Shown: piece by piece, positions 19,062-28,936 of the stretch | Layout of the letters: each line of letters opens with the position of its first letter | Numbering within the stretch: position 1 is the stretch's first letter | IMG/VR virus record: IMGVR_UViG_3300034023_001061 | DNA from: an uncultured virus (IMG/VR IMGVR_UViG_3300034023_001061) | Taxonomy: Duplodnaviria > Heunggongvirae > Uroviricota > Caudoviricetes | DNA: 56,664 nucleotides | Reading direction: 5' to 3' (one strand) | The notes under the pieces: generated by a model | The model's database searches: none | Told to the model about the DNA's origin: nothing | Seen by the model: the letters and a program-made list of their open reading frames with translations, nothing else | Program-made: the position numbers and the translations under genes

Positions 19062-19259
19062 TCACGCGTCGGGCGCGAGTCCGTACGTGCGGAGCCTCGC
19101 CACGCTGCGCAGGCGCCAGTTCTGCGAGTCCGAACGCACGGCACGGAGGTAGCGACGGAGCGCCCGGTTCGCCTCGACGACGGCCCGCTGCGCCTCCTCG
19201 GTGGGCGCGTCGGGCTCGCGTCGGCGTCGCTTCTGGAGTCGGCGGCGTAGGGCGTTCAC
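19062..19259 (-). CDS. Small Arg-rich protein
   Basis: GTG 5 nt after class B motif GTAAAG-N17-CGTAGAAT. Confidence 0.5.
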   Translation of the reverse strand: MNALRRRLQKRRRREPDAPTEEAQRAVVEANRALRRYLRAVRSDSQNWRLRSVARLRTYGLAPDA

Positions 19260-19291
19260 GCCATATTCTACGACGCGAGGCGCGAGAATCT

Positions 19292-19903
19292 TTACCGGCG
19301 CGAACCGAAAACCACCGCGAGGGCTGCGGCGAGGGCGACGCCACCGACGACGTACGCCACCGTGTTCCCCGTCGCTTCGGGCGCAGCGGACCACGCCGCG
19401 AGGGCGGAGCGGACGCGAGCACGCATCACGTCGGCGGGCCACGTTCTCGCATCCGGGGAAAGCTCAAAATGGACGTGATCGCGGTGGTCCTGGCTCCCGG
19501 TGTACCGATCCCACCGCGGGCCGTTGCGCGAAGCGGACCACTCGTACATCGACCACAGAACGTACTGGATGCCGAGGTACTCCGCGTTGCGCACGAGAAA
19601 ATTCGCGAGCGCGTCGCCGTTCGCGGGGCGGTTCGCGTTGTTGACGACCATCGCGTCAATGGCGTTGCCCTCCAAATGCGCGTCGTGACCGCCGTTCCGA
19701 CGATCGGACGGACGAACCATCCCACCCGACGAAATACCGGGCCACGCGCGAACGATTTCTTCTTTGAGCGCCACGAGCGCGGGCGTCGGTGACCATTGCT
19801 CACCGGGCGGGACGTTGACCGCGAAGCGATACGGGACTTGCGCCCGCTCGCCCGCTGCTCGGGTAGCGGCGTCGGGAACCCATACGTGCGTGGATGCGCT
19901 CAC
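19292..19903 (-). CDS. M15/LAS-type zinc peptidase-like cell-wall hydrolase with C-terminal TM anchor
   Basis: H-x6-D (AHLEGNAID) plus HRDHVH; GIQYVLW; C-terminal hydrophobic helix. Confidence 0.75.
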   Translation of the reverse strand: MSASTHVWVPDAATRAAGERAQVPYRFAVNVPPGEQWSPTPALVALKEEIVRAWPGISSGGMVRPSDRRNGGHDAHLEGNAIDAMVVNNANRPANGDALANFLVRNAEYLGIQYVLWSMYEWSASRNGPRWDRYTGSQDHRDHVHFELSPDARTWPADVMRARVRSALAAWSAAPEATGNTVAYVVGGVALAAALAVVFGSRR

Positions 19904-19935
19904 GCGCCGACGATACACGGAACGTTCGCGGGAGG

Positions 19936-20271
19936 CTACGCCCGAACGTACCGCATGAGTTCCGTCGCCCGCCCGTCGCGATGCTCGACGAGGCGCACGC
20001 CGTCGAACAACCGCCACAACGGCGTCGTCGTGTACCCGAACACAACGTACTCGCGGTTGTCGAGCACCTCGACGTAGCGTCGAAACAGCCCGTACACGAG
20101 CGCGCGAAAGGCATCCTCGCCAGTGTAGAACCGATACTCTAAGTGCTCGGCGTCGCCGCTAAATCGGTATCGGTTGTAGCCGCTGCGCTCCAGCACCCAA
20201 CAGTTGCCGCCCGCGTGGTGGAACTCCAGCGAGAAGCGCATCCACTTCGGGTGTCTCCCGGTGCGCCTCAC
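19936..20271 (-). CDS. Hypothetical protein
   Basis: GTGA overlap; aromatic-rich ORF. Confidence 0.5.
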   Translation of the reverse strand: MRRTGRHPKWMRFSLEFHHAGGNCWVLERSGYNRYRFSGDAEHLEYRFYTGEDAFRALVYGLFRRYVEVLDNREYVVFGYTTTPLWRLFDGVRLVEHRDGRATELMRYVRA

Positions 20272-20482
20272 TTCCCCTCCGCGAACTTGCGGAGTTGCTC
20301 CGCGGCGTCGTCGTACTGGCCGTTCTGCATCGCTTGAAGAATCTGCGCGATGCGCGTGAACGGCACGGCGGCGCGGGCACCGTACACCATCTGCGCGCTC
20401 GACTGCGCGCTGCACGCCGCAACGTGCAGCATGTGCAGCGTCGTGTTCAGGAACTCACTGCACGGCATTGCCTTCTCGGTGC

Positions 20483-20911
20483 TCACTTCTCGCCTCCCTG
20501 CGTCGCCTTCAACCGCTCCGCCGCCAGCATGGCGACCTCCTGCTTCGCATCGACGATGCGCGCGAGTCGCGCCGTCTCCTCGTCGTACAGCCGCGCCGCC
20601 TCGCGCATCGCTTCGCCGCGGCCCAACTTGTGAGCGTGGCGGTTCGTGCGCGCGACGGACAACGCGGCGAGCGCGGCGACGTACTGCGTCTCGGCGTCGG
20701 CGGTGCTCACCTCGACGTGCGAGAGCGAAACGCTCCCGACGCAGCCGACGATCCACACGGAGACGTGGCCCGACATCACCGCGGCGGGCGCGCGTGTCGG
20801 CGCCTCGCCCGTCGGAGCGCCCTCGCGCGGCCCGTTCCAGTACCGAACGACGGTGCCGACGGGGTGCGCCGCGTTCCATGCGTCGGCGGCGCGTGTCTCC
20901 GCGGCGCTCAC
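20483..20911 (-). CDS. Hypothetical phage protein (WNAAHPVGTVVRYW motif)
   Basis: Phage-like motif; GTGA overlap. Confidence 0.65.
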   Translation of the reverse strand: MSAAETRAADAWNAAHPVGTVVRYWNGPREGAPTGEAPTRAPAAVMSGHVSVWIVGCVGSVSLSHVEVSTADAETQYVAALAALSVARTNRHAHKLGRGEAMREAARLYDEETARLARIVDAKQEVAMLAAERLKATQGGEK

Positions 20912-21357
20912 GCCACCACCGCGTCGTCGCGCGTGACGGTGAGCGCGCGGTCGTTGAGCCCCGCCCTCGACGCGAGGCCACGCGAGGCGTCACGGAGCGA
21001 CTCGGCGTCGCTCGCGAGTGACTCGATCTCCGAAGAGTCGAGCACGGCGCCGGGTGCGATCGCCACGTTCACCTTCTCAGCGGTGTACATCCGCGAGCCG
21101 CGATCTTCGTCGACCTCGCACAGTTCGCACACGATCGTAACGCTCTCGACGCACGGGAACGCCGCGAGGATCGCGCGCGCCGCCTCGGTGAGATTGTCGA
21201 GCGCCTCGCGCTCCTGCGCCTGAGCGTGCGAGAGTTCGATGCGCGCGAGCATCGCTTCGGCGGCGGCGTCCTGTTCGGGCGTGGGTTCGTCGGAAGCGTA
21301 CTCGTCGCCGCCGAAGCTATCGGGGCCGATCGCGTCGTCGTAGCGGGTGGGGTTCAT
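20908..21357 (-). CDS. Acidic hypothetical protein
   Basis: ATG 4 nt after class B motif. Confidence 0.7.
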   Translation of the reverse strand: MNPTRYDDAIGPDSFGGDEYASDEPTPEQDAAAEAMLARIELSHAQAQEREALDNLTEAARAILAAFPCVESVTIVCELCEVDEDRGSRMYTAEKVNVAIAPGAVLDSSEIESLASDAESLRDASRGLASRAGLNDRALTVTRDDAVVA

Positions 21358-21419
21358 GCCCCTAGTACGACGGGCGGTCGCGGTTTCTTTACGACCGCCC
21401 GCCGATTTCGGGAGCGCGA

Positions 21420-21533
21420 TCAGCGCGAGGCGGCGGGGGCTTCGATGCCCCAGCCCACGGCGGCGGTCGAGGCGGGGGACTCGGTGCCCCATCCGAAGGC
21501 CAGCGCGAGGGAGAGTAGGATCGTGGTGAACAT
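21420..21533 (-). CDS. 37-aa signal-peptide-like ORF with two GWGxExPA repeats
   Basis: AAGGAG RBS; MFTTILLSLALAFGWGTESPASTAAVGWGIEAPAASR. Confidence 0.6.
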   Translation of the reverse strand: MFTTILLSLALAFGWGTESPASTAAVGWGIEAPAASR

Positions 21534-21880
21534 CGTGATGGCTCCTTGCGTGGTCGCCGACGTGGCGACGCACCGGGGGCACCCTACTCACGCAGCGGGG
21601 GCCAGCGCAAGGGGAAACTACACATCGCGCAGCGATACCCCGATGTACCTCGCCACGGCACGCCGAACGTCCTCTCGCAGTTCGTCGATCGTCTCGCCGT
21701 CCCGCGCGGGGCTCGCAATGTACTCGGCGCACGCACGCAGCGACTCGTCGCGCGTTTGCGCGGGCAGGCTCATCCAGTCGGTCGGAGGCGGAAGTCCAAT
21801 CGCAGAGGCGATATGGCAGTCGACGCCGACCATTGCCTTCGCAGCCATTTCGGCGATGTCATTCTCGTTCATTTTTCCTC

Positions 21881-23836
21881 TTACACCGGCCGGAGCGATG
21901 CCCCGCCCTTGAGAAGCCACGTTACACCAACCTGCGCCTTCACGCGAATACCGCCGCAGAAATCCGACGGCAAGAAATCGGTGCTCACCGTACCGCTCGC
22001 CACGGACGGAATCGTGCCCGTGGTGCGGCCCGCGCACGCGGCCACGAGGTCGGCGTCAGAGAGTTCGGTGGAGTACGTTCGTACTTCGCCGATGAGCGCC
22101 GACACGAGCGGGTAGAACGTGGGCGAGTACGCGCGCGTCGAACCGATGTCGTACGTGTCCGCGCTTGTGGGCGCGGTGTACGTTCCAGCGAGAGCAGCGA
22201 TCGTCTGCACCGCGCCGCCGCTGACGGAGTAGCGGACCGACTTGTCGGCCTTGACAACGATCGCGATCACGTAGGCCGATGACACGGTGAAATCGCTGCC
22301 AGTGAGCGCGACCTCCGCGGATGCGTTCAGACCCGCGAGATAGAGGCGCACTTGCCTGCGAGCGCCAGCGTTGTTGCCGACCGCGATATACCACCCTCTT
22401 ACGCCCGCCGTCGCATTGTGGGCAGCGATGATTTCTTGCCCGGTCGGCGTGGCGTTAGGATAGATGCACACGACGATCGACTGCCCCGGCCCGAACGCGG
22501 GCACCACCGCGGCGGCGCTCGCGGTGGCGTAGTCAGCCGCCGCCCAGCCCGTCGCCGACTCGCCGCCCATGTAGAACGCCGTTGCGTTGTAGAGATTGAG
22601 CCACCCCGCGACGCCGCCAGACGGTGCCACCCATGCGGGGATGCCACCGCTCACGGTCAACACTTGCCCCGCGGTGCCCACTCCGAGACGCAGCGGCGTA
22701 CCGCCAGCGTTCGCGTAGAGCATATCGCCCGCGGTTGTCATCGGGTTCGTGAGCGCGGTCGACGTTTGCCACGTCGCCGTACCACCCGACACGGTGAGAA
22801 CTTGCCCGACGGTGCCGATGCCGAGCCTACCAGCGGCACCGGATACGCCGCCGACGATCAGATCGCCGACCGTTGTCATCGGGCTCACGAACGCAGGCGC
22901 CGCCCACGAGGGCGCCCCACCGGACACGGTGAGCACTTGCCCCGCAGAACCGATCCCGAGCCGTTGCTGCGCGCCGCTCACGCCGCCCGTGATGACGTCG
23001 CCGAGCGTAGTCATCGGGTTCGCTTGAATCGTGACGGTTTGCCACGACGGGGCGCCCGAAATGTACTTGAGAAACTGCCCCTCGGAGCCGCCCGCGAGTC
23101 GCGTCGGCACCCCGAGAGTGCCGCCGTAGATCGTGTCGCCAGCGGTGGTCATCGGGTTGACGAGTGCCACGAACGTTGCCCACGCAGCGGTGCCACCGGC
23201 CACGGTGAGAACTTGCCCGTTCACGCCGATTGCGAGTCGCCCCGCCGCTCCGCTCACGCCGCCGAGAACGAGGTCGCCCGCGGCGTTCATCGGGTTCGCG
23301 AACCCGACTGCCGCAGCCCACGCGGGAGCGACACCAGCGCCGCCCGCGGTGAGAACGTAGCCCGCGGTGCCCGCGGCGAGGCGCGTCGCTACGCCACTCG
23401 CACCGCCGTAGATCGTGTCGCCGACGCTGTTCATCGGGTTGGTGAGCGCGGTCGTCCATGCGAGCGCGCCGCCCGTGACGCCGAGCACTTGACCGTTCGT
23501 GCCGATTGCGAAACGTGTCGGCGTGCCCAATGCTCCGCCCGCGAGAAGGTCGCCAGCCGTGGTCATGGGGTTCGCGAAGCCCACCGCCGCAGACCACGCA
23601 GGCACGCCCGACTTGACGGTCAACACGTAGTCGCTCGCGCCGATGGCAAGGCGCTGCCACGCGGATGCGCCGCGCGCGAGAAGGTCGCCCGTCGCTTGCG
23701 ATGCAATCGTAAGGTTGCTGGTCTGCGTGGCGATCGTGCCCGTACCCGAGCCCGTCGTGTCGCCCGTGAGCGTGACGGTGCTGCCAACGCCGCCGTTGTA
23801 CGACCCCTCGATGATTTGCGTGCCGCAGGTAATCAT
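21881..23836 (-). CDS. Fibre protein 2: about 8 repeats of ~43 aa plus C-terminal LamG/ConA-like domain
   Basis: NPMTTAGD..GG..RL.IG..GQVLTV..G.P.W repeats; IGEVRTYSTELS LamG-type ending. Confidence 0.8.
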   Translation of the reverse strand: MITCGTQIIEGSYNGGVGSTVTLTGDTTGSGTGTIATQTSNLTIASQATGDLLARGASAWQRLAIGASDYVLTVKSGVPAWSAAVGFANPMTTAGDLLAGGALGTPTRFAIGTNGQVLGVTGGALAWTTALTNPMNSVGDTIYGGASGVATRLAAGTAGYVLTAGGAGVAPAWAAAVGFANPMNAAGDLVLGGVSGAAGRLAIGVNGQVLTVAGGTAAWATFVALVNPMTTAGDTIYGGTLGVPTRLAGGSEGQFLKYISGAPSWQTVTIQANPMTTLGDVITGGVSGAQQRLGIGSAGQVLTVSGGAPSWAAPAFVSPMTTVGDLIVGGVSGAAGRLGIGTVGQVLTVSGGTATWQTSTALTNPMTTAGDMLYANAGGTPLRLGVGTAGQVLTVSGGIPAWVAPSGGVAGWLNLYNATAFYMGGESATGWAAADYATASAAAVVPAFGPGQSIVVCIYPNATPTGQEIIAAHNATAGVRGWYIAVGNNAGARRQVRLYLAGLNASAEVALTGSDFTVSSAYVIAIVVKADKSVRYSVSGGAVQTIAALAGTYTAPTSADTYDIGSTRAYSPTFYPLVSALIGEVRTYSTELSDADLVAACAGRTTGTIPSVASGTVSTDFLPSDFCGGIRVKAQVGVTWLLKGGASLRPV

Positions 23837-24051
23837 ACGCCGCCAGCCTCGGTCGACCAGCAGCCCGCGACGGGAGCGTCGTTGTCGCAGCGTGTCACCG
23901 CCACGAATCGCTCGACGAGCACGCCGGGGCGCATCACGTCGATCGTCAAGGTGTCGGCGTCAATCACTTCGACAACGTGCGCCGTGCACCGCTCAAGATC
24001 CGACGAGAGCGGCCTCGCGAGGTAGAAGAGAACGTGGTCCGTCGTACGCAT
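23833..24051 (-). CDS. Small protein between the fibre genes
   Basis: TGATG and ATGA coupling to both fibre genes. Confidence 0.6.
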   Translation of the reverse strand: MRTTDHVLFYLARPLSSDLERCTAHVVEVIDADTLTIDVMRPGVLVERFVAVTRCDNDAPVAGCWSTEAGGV

Positions 24052-27000
24052 CAGAGCGCCTCCACGGTGCAGTTGTCGAACGTCATCGTGACGGTGCCGC
24101 CCGCGGACGGATTCTGAGCCATCAGCACCACAAGGTCCCATCCCTTCGTATCGAACGGAGAGTACGCGAAGACGGCGCCGCAGGATCGAAAATCGCTATC
24201 CGACGGCCTCGCTCCACCAGTCCCTCGCGCAAACGCGAACACCAGCGTGCCTCCGTCCGCAGTAAGTTGGGTCCAGTCGTTTCCGTCGTAGAGCGGCGGC
24301 GACGCGGGCGTGCCGCTCGTGATCGCGGCGGCGGTCACAAAATTCTGCGAACCGATCGTGGTCCCCGCGTAGTACATCCCGTACTTCGACGCAGCCGACC
24401 CCGTATTCTCTAACGTAACGCACGGCGTCGTTCCGCCAGTTTTGCCGCTGAACGAGGCGAGCCGGAGCGTGACTCTGAATCGTGAGGCGACAACGCCGGT
24501 CGGCATCGGCACGCGCACGCGCGGAGCGGTGTACGTCCCGCTTGCGTAGCCTGCGGTGACGCCCGCCCCGATCGACAGCGTGACGACGCTGGCCGACGTG
24601 ATGGTCGCGGTGCCGTTGCCGTTCGTCGCGGCGCCAGTCGTCCAGTTGATCGTATACGTTGTCGTGCCAGTGGCCGACCACGACGGAGCAACGCCAGCGC
24701 CACCAGACGTAAGCACGTATCCCGCGGTGCCCGCCGCGAGCCGCGTGGGCGCCCCCGAGGCGCCGCCGACGATCAGATCACCGACGGTCGTCATGGGGTT
24801 CGTGAGCGCGGAGAACGTGGCCCACGCGGGCACGCTGCTCACGATCTGGAGTACCTGCCCTTCGGTGCCCACGGCGAGTCGAGCGGGCACGCCCGACGCG
24901 CCACCTTGAATAAGGTCACCGACGGTGGTCATCGGGTTCGTGAGCCCCGCAGCCCACGTCACCGTCGTGCCGTTCGATGCGAGGAACGTTCCGTTCGCTC
25001 CGATGCCGAGTCGCGCCGGAGCGCCGGAAACACCGCCGACGATCACGTCGCCGTCGGTCGTCATGGGGTTCGCGAAGCCCACGGGTGCCGCCCACGACGG
25101 TACGCCAGCGGCGAGCGTGAGCACGTTTCCGTTCGAGCCAGCCGCGAGACGCGTGGGCACGCCGCTCACGCCGCCGTACAGCGTGTCCCCCGTCGTGGTC
25201 ATGGGGTTCGAGAGACCCGCCGCCCACGACACGGCGGACCCGTTCGACGCGAGGAACGTCCCGTTCGCTCCGATCGCGAGGCGCGTTGCGGCGCCGGAGA
25301 CGCCGCCGACGATCACGTCGCCTGCCGTGGTCATCGGGTTAGCGAAGCCCACTGGCGCAGCCCACGCGGGCGCCCCACCGGACACGGTGAGAACCTGCCC
25401 CGACGTGCCGATACCGAGGCGTTGCTGCGCGCCGCTCACGCCGCCCGTGATAACGTCGCCGAGCGTTGTCATCGGGTTCGCTTGAATCGTGACAGTCTGC
25501 CACGATGGCGTGCCCGAAACGTACTTGAGAAACTGCCCCTCGGAGCCGCCCGCGAGCCGCGCCGGAGCACCACTCACGCCGCCAGCGATCATATCGCCCG
25601 CGGTTGTCATGGGGTTGACGAGCGCCGTGAACGTTGCCCACGCAGCGGTGCCACCGCTCACGGTCAACACTTGCCCTGCGGTGCCGATCCCGAGCCGCCC
25701 CGCTGCGCCCGAGACGCCGCCGAGCACGAGGTCGCCCGCGGTGGTCATCGGGTTCGTGTACGGCGTCGCCCACGACGGCACGCCGCCAGCGATCGTGAGC
25801 ACTTGCCCGGTGCTCCCGACGGCGAGGCGCGTCGGAGCGCCAGCGGTGCCGCCGTAGATCGTGTCACCTTCGGCGTTCATCGGGTTCGAGAGCACGGTCG
25901 TCCATGCGAGCGCGCCGCCCGTGACCCCGAGTACCTCGCCGTTCGAGCCGATGCCGAGTCGAGTGGGAGTGCCCGATGAACCGCCCGCGATCAAGTCGCC
26001 CGCGGTGGTCATCGGGTTCGCGAACCCGACCGCCGACGCCCACGCCGCGGTGCCGCCAGCGACGGTGAGAACCTGCCCCGCAGAACCGATCGCGAGTCGG
26101 CCCGCGGCGCCGGAAACGCCGCCGAGCACGAGGTCGCCCGCGGTGGTCATCGGGTTCGTGTACGGCGTCGCCCACGAAGGCACGCCTGCCGCGAGCGTGA
26201 GAACTTGACCGTTCGTGCCCACGGCGAGTCGCGTCGGGGCGCCCGCGGTGCCCCCGTAGATTGTATCCCCGACGGAGTTCATCGGGTTCGTGAGCGCGGA
26301 GAACGTCGCCCACGCGGCGGTGCCGCCGCTCACGGTGAGCACTTGCCCCGCCGTGCCGATGCCGAGTCGCCCCGCCGCTCCGCTCACGCCGCCGAGCACG
26401 AGGTCGCCCGCGGTGGTCATCGGGTTCGTGTACGGCGTCGCCCACGACGGAACACCCGCGGCGATCGTGAGCACTTGCCCGGTGCTCCCGACGGCAAGGC
26501 GTGTCGGCGCACCCGCGGTGCCGCCGTAGATCGTGTCACCCACGGCGTTCATCGGGTTCGTGAGTGCGCTGAACGTCACCCACGCGGGGGCACCCGCGTT
26601 GACCGTCAACACTTGCCCCGCGGTGCCGATCGCGAGTCGCGTCGCTGCGCCCGACGAACCGCCTGCGATCAGGTCGCCCGCCGTGGTCATCGGGTTCGCG
26701 AAGCCAACCGCTGCGGCCCACGCCGGGGCAACGCCCGCGCCACCCGCGGTGAGAACGTACCCCGCGGTGCCCGCGGCAAGCCGCGTCGCTACGCCGCTCG
26801 CACCGCCGTAGATCGTGTCGCCGACGCTGTTCATCGGGTTGGCGAAGCCGACCGCGGACGCCCACGCAGGCACGCCCGACTTGACCGTGAGCACGTAGTT
26901 CTCGGTGCCCACCGCGAGGCGCGTGGCCGTGCCGCTCACGCCACCCGCGATCAAGTCGCCGGGGTCCGTCATCGGGTTCGTGAAACCCGCCGCAGCGGCC

Positions 27001-27245
27001 CACGCTGGCACGCCCGCGGTGACGGTGAGAACCTGCCCGTTCACGCCGATTGCGAGGCGTTGCCACGCCGACGCTCCGCGTGCGAGGATGTCACCCGTCG
27101 CCTGCGATGCAATCGTGAGGTTGCTGGTCTGCGTGGCGATCGTGCCCGTACCCGAGCCCGTCGTGTCGCCCGTGAGCGTGACGGTGCTACCGCCGCCACC
27201 GCCGTTGTACGACCCCTCGATGATTTGCGTGCCGCAGGTAATCAC
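24051..27245 (-). CDS. Fibre protein 1: about 18 repeats of ~43 aa plus C-terminal beta-sandwich
   Basis: 17 NPM-led repeats counted plus one atypical first unit; same N-terminus as 21881-23836. Confidence 0.8.
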   Translation of the reverse strand: MITCGTQIIEGSYNGGGGGSTVTLTGDTTGSGTGTIATQTSNLTIASQATGDILARGASAWQRLAIGVNGQVLTVTAGVPAWAAAAGFTNPMTDPGDLIAGGVSGTATRLAVGTENYVLTVKSGVPAWASAVGFANPMNSVGDTIYGGASGVATRLAAGTAGYVLTAGGAGVAPAWAAAVGFANPMTTAGDLIAGGSSGAATRLAIGTAGQVLTVNAGAPAWVTFSALTNPMNAVGDTIYGGTAGAPTRLAVGSTGQVLTIAAGVPSWATPYTNPMTTAGDLVLGGVSGAAGRLGIGTAGQVLTVSGGTAAWATFSALTNPMNSVGDTIYGGTAGAPTRLAVGTNGQVLTLAAGVPSWATPYTNPMTTAGDLVLGGVSGAAGRLAIGSAGQVLTVAGGTAAWASAVGFANPMTTAGDLIAGGSSGTPTRLGIGSNGEVLGVTGGALAWTTVLSNPMNAEGDTIYGGTAGAPTRLAVGSTGQVLTIAGGVPSWATPYTNPMTTAGDLVLGGVSGAAGRLGIGTAGQVLTVSGGTAAWATFTALVNPMTTAGDMIAGGVSGAPARLAGGSEGQFLKYVSGTPSWQTVTIQANPMTTLGDVITGGVSGAQQRLGIGTSGQVLTVSGGAPAWAAPVGFANPMTTAGDVIVGGVSGAATRLAIGANGTFLASNGSAVSWAAGLSNPMTTTGDTLYGGVSGVPTRLAAGSNGNVLTLAAGVPSWAAPVGFANPMTTDGDVIVGGVSGAPARLGIGANGTFLASNGTTVTWAAGLTNPMTTVGDLIQGGASGVPARLAVGTEGQVLQIVSSVPAWATFSALTNPMTTVGDLIVGGASGAPTRLAAGTAGYVLTSGGAGVAPSWSATGTTTYTINWTTGAATNGNGTATITSASVVTLSIGAGVTAGYASGTYTAPRVRVPMPTGVVASRFRVTLRLASFSGKTGGTTPCVTLENTGSAASKYGMYYAGTTIGSQNFVTAAAITSGTPASPPLYDGNDWTQLTADGGTLVFAFARGTGGARPSDSDFRSCGAVFAYSPFDTKGWDLVVLMAQNPSAGGTVTMTFDNCTVEAL

Positions 27246-27248
27246 TCG

Positions 27249-27851
27249 TCAGTCGTCCGATCGCGCCGCATCGTCGAGGAGTTTGGACACGCCATCGCGC
27301 AGTCGCTCCTCCCACGCGCCCGTGAGCGTGCGGACGACCGAGAGGGCCTGCACCGTGTCGGCCGCAGCGGCGAGCGTCGACCCGGACGCGTGGTCGTCGC
27401 GCGAGGTCACGAGCACGCACCGCGGCCCGCGGCCCATCGACGCGAGCACGCTCAGACCGGAGACGCCGTGACCGAGCGTGAGGTCCGAAATAACCACCGC
27501 GGCGCGCACCTCGCTCCATACGGCGGCGGCGTTTTCGAGCGACGCAACGACGTGCGCGTGCGCACCGAGCATCGTGAGCGTCGAGGCGCACGTCGGATCG
27601 TCGGTGACCGCGTGCAGCGGCACACCGAGCGGCGCGAGCAGCGCCACCAGCGCGCAGAGCGCGGGCGGAGAGTCGTCGATAATCATGATGCTGCGACGAA
27701 GTTCGTGATCGCAGAGCCACGCTCGCAGGTGCGCGGTGAGGTCCGCGGTCTGCGATGCGAGTTCGTTCATGTGGTACGCCAGTCCGCGCATCAGTTCGCC
27801 CGCGAACGACGGCGAAGGCCCGTCGATTGGCGTGATAACGGAGTTCATCAT
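27249..27851 (-). CDS. Orphan response-regulator receiver
   Basis: IMIIDDSP, VVISDLTL..GVSG, LVTS. Confidence 0.8.
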   Translation of the reverse strand: MMNSVITPIDGPSPSFAGELMRGLAYHMNELASQTADLTAHLRAWLCDHELRRSIMIIDDSPPALCALVALLAPLGVPLHAVTDDPTCASTLTMLGAHAHVVASLENAAAVWSEVRAAVVISDLTLGHGVSGLSVLASMGRGPRCVLVTSRDDHASGSTLAAAADTVQALSVVRTLTGAWEERLRDGVSKLLDDAARSDD

Positions 27852-28177
27852 CGGACGACCACCCGAGCTACCGTCGCCGCGACTACGCCGAAAATGACGC
27901 TCACCAGAGCGGCGAGCGCGATGGCCTGCGAGCGCGTGGCTTCCAACTCGCGCAGCCGTCGCTCCACGTCATCGCGCAGCCGACGATCGATCTCCGCGCG
28001 CCACGTAGCGATATCGTCGAGTCGCGTGATGATTCTCGCCGTGACACCCTCCAGAGCGGTGTTCGCGCGCGATTGCTCCTTCGCGATTTCCGCCACGGAG
28101 CGATTGAGCGCCTCGATGCCGCCGAGGATCACTCGGCGGTGCTCCGCCCAGCTATCGCTGTCACTTGGATTCGCCAC
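27848..28177 (-). CDS. Coiled-coil protein with C-terminal TM (holin-like)
   Basis: Heptads followed by IALAALVSVIFGVVAA. Confidence 0.6.
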   Translation of the reverse strand: MANPSDSDSWAEHRRVILGGIEALNRSVAEIAKEQSRANTALEGVTARIITRLDDIATWRAEIDRRLRDDVERRLRELEATRSQAIALAALVSVIFGVVAATVARVVVR

Positions 28178-28607
28178 AGATCACTCCTCTCGCGACAGCG
28201 TAACCGTCGTGCCACGGGCTGATGCGCCACGCGATGCGTGACGGCGTTACACCATCTGCGTGCCGATACACATTCTCGAAACGTTCGACCCCGCGGTTCT
28301 CTGCGACGTTCGACGCCACAACGTCGTGTGAACTCGCCACGTCATCCGCCGACGCGAGGTAGCGCGACCACGGAGTCCCCTCGACTGCCTGCGCCTCGTA
28401 GCCGAGCCGCGCCCACCCGCCGCCGCCGACCGCGATAAAATGCGTGGTCGACACGAGGCAGTGCAGGATGTGATCGTCGGCGAGCGCCCACGACGCCGCG
28501 AGCGCCCAGCGCATCGCGGGAGGCGACGCGAGGTCGACGAGCGCGCAGAGGGCGCGGTCGATCTCCGCGAGCGTTGCGGCGGTGAGCGGTTCGGCGTCCA
28601 GACTCAT
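28161..28607 (-). CDS. Stand-alone PAS-domain protein
   Basis: W..LGY....V.G.PW..Y....D...RFENVYRHADG...I.W.......YAVAR. Confidence 0.75.
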   Translation of the reverse strand: MSLDAEPLTAATLAEIDRALCALVDLASPPAMRWALAASWALADDHILHCLVSTTHFIAVGGGGWARLGYEAQAVEGTPWSRYLASADDVASSHDVVASNVAENRGVERFENVYRHADGVTPSRIAWRISPWHDGYAVARGVICGESK

Positions 28608-28933
28608 TGCCCGCCCGCCTCGATTGAGAGCGTGGTCCCGAGCGTCGATGTGAACGTCATGCGAAACGTCGTGATCGGCTCATCGCTCCCGTCGATCGTC
28701 GGAAGCGATGCGCCCGCCGCCACCGGCACCGCCGTGATCGCCACCGCCGCGCCGAACAGCGTGCCGTTCGGAGACGATGCGACGGAGAGCGCCGTCAACG
28801 GGTTCGCGCCCGTGTTCGCGACGACGATGTTCCAGTTCGTCGCGTTGTTGATCGGCACGTCGAGCGTGCGCGGCGTCGCCGCTGCGAGCACGAGCGTCGT
28901 GGTGTAGTAGCACGTTCGCGACGGGTTCGGCAC
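28604..28933 (-). CDS. Small beta-rich, probably virion protein
   Basis: T/A/G-rich ORF coupled to the downstream operon. Confidence 0.55.
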   Translation of the reverse strand: MPNPSRTCYYTTTLVLAAATPRTLDVPINNATNWNIVVANTGANPLTALSVASSPNGTLFGAAVAITAVPVAAGASLPTIDGSDEPITTFRMTFTSTLGTTLSIEAGGQ

Positions 28934-28936
28934 GGG

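Noticed and set aside
21881..27245. Diversity-generating retroelement acting on the fibre genes
   Set aside because: No reverse transcriptase in the window; shared sequence is N-terminal and in the shaft, not an adenine-specific TR/VR pair at the tip
21881..27245. NP in the NPMTT fibre repeats as copies of the basic tag
   Set aside because: No basic context; part of a structural repeat unit
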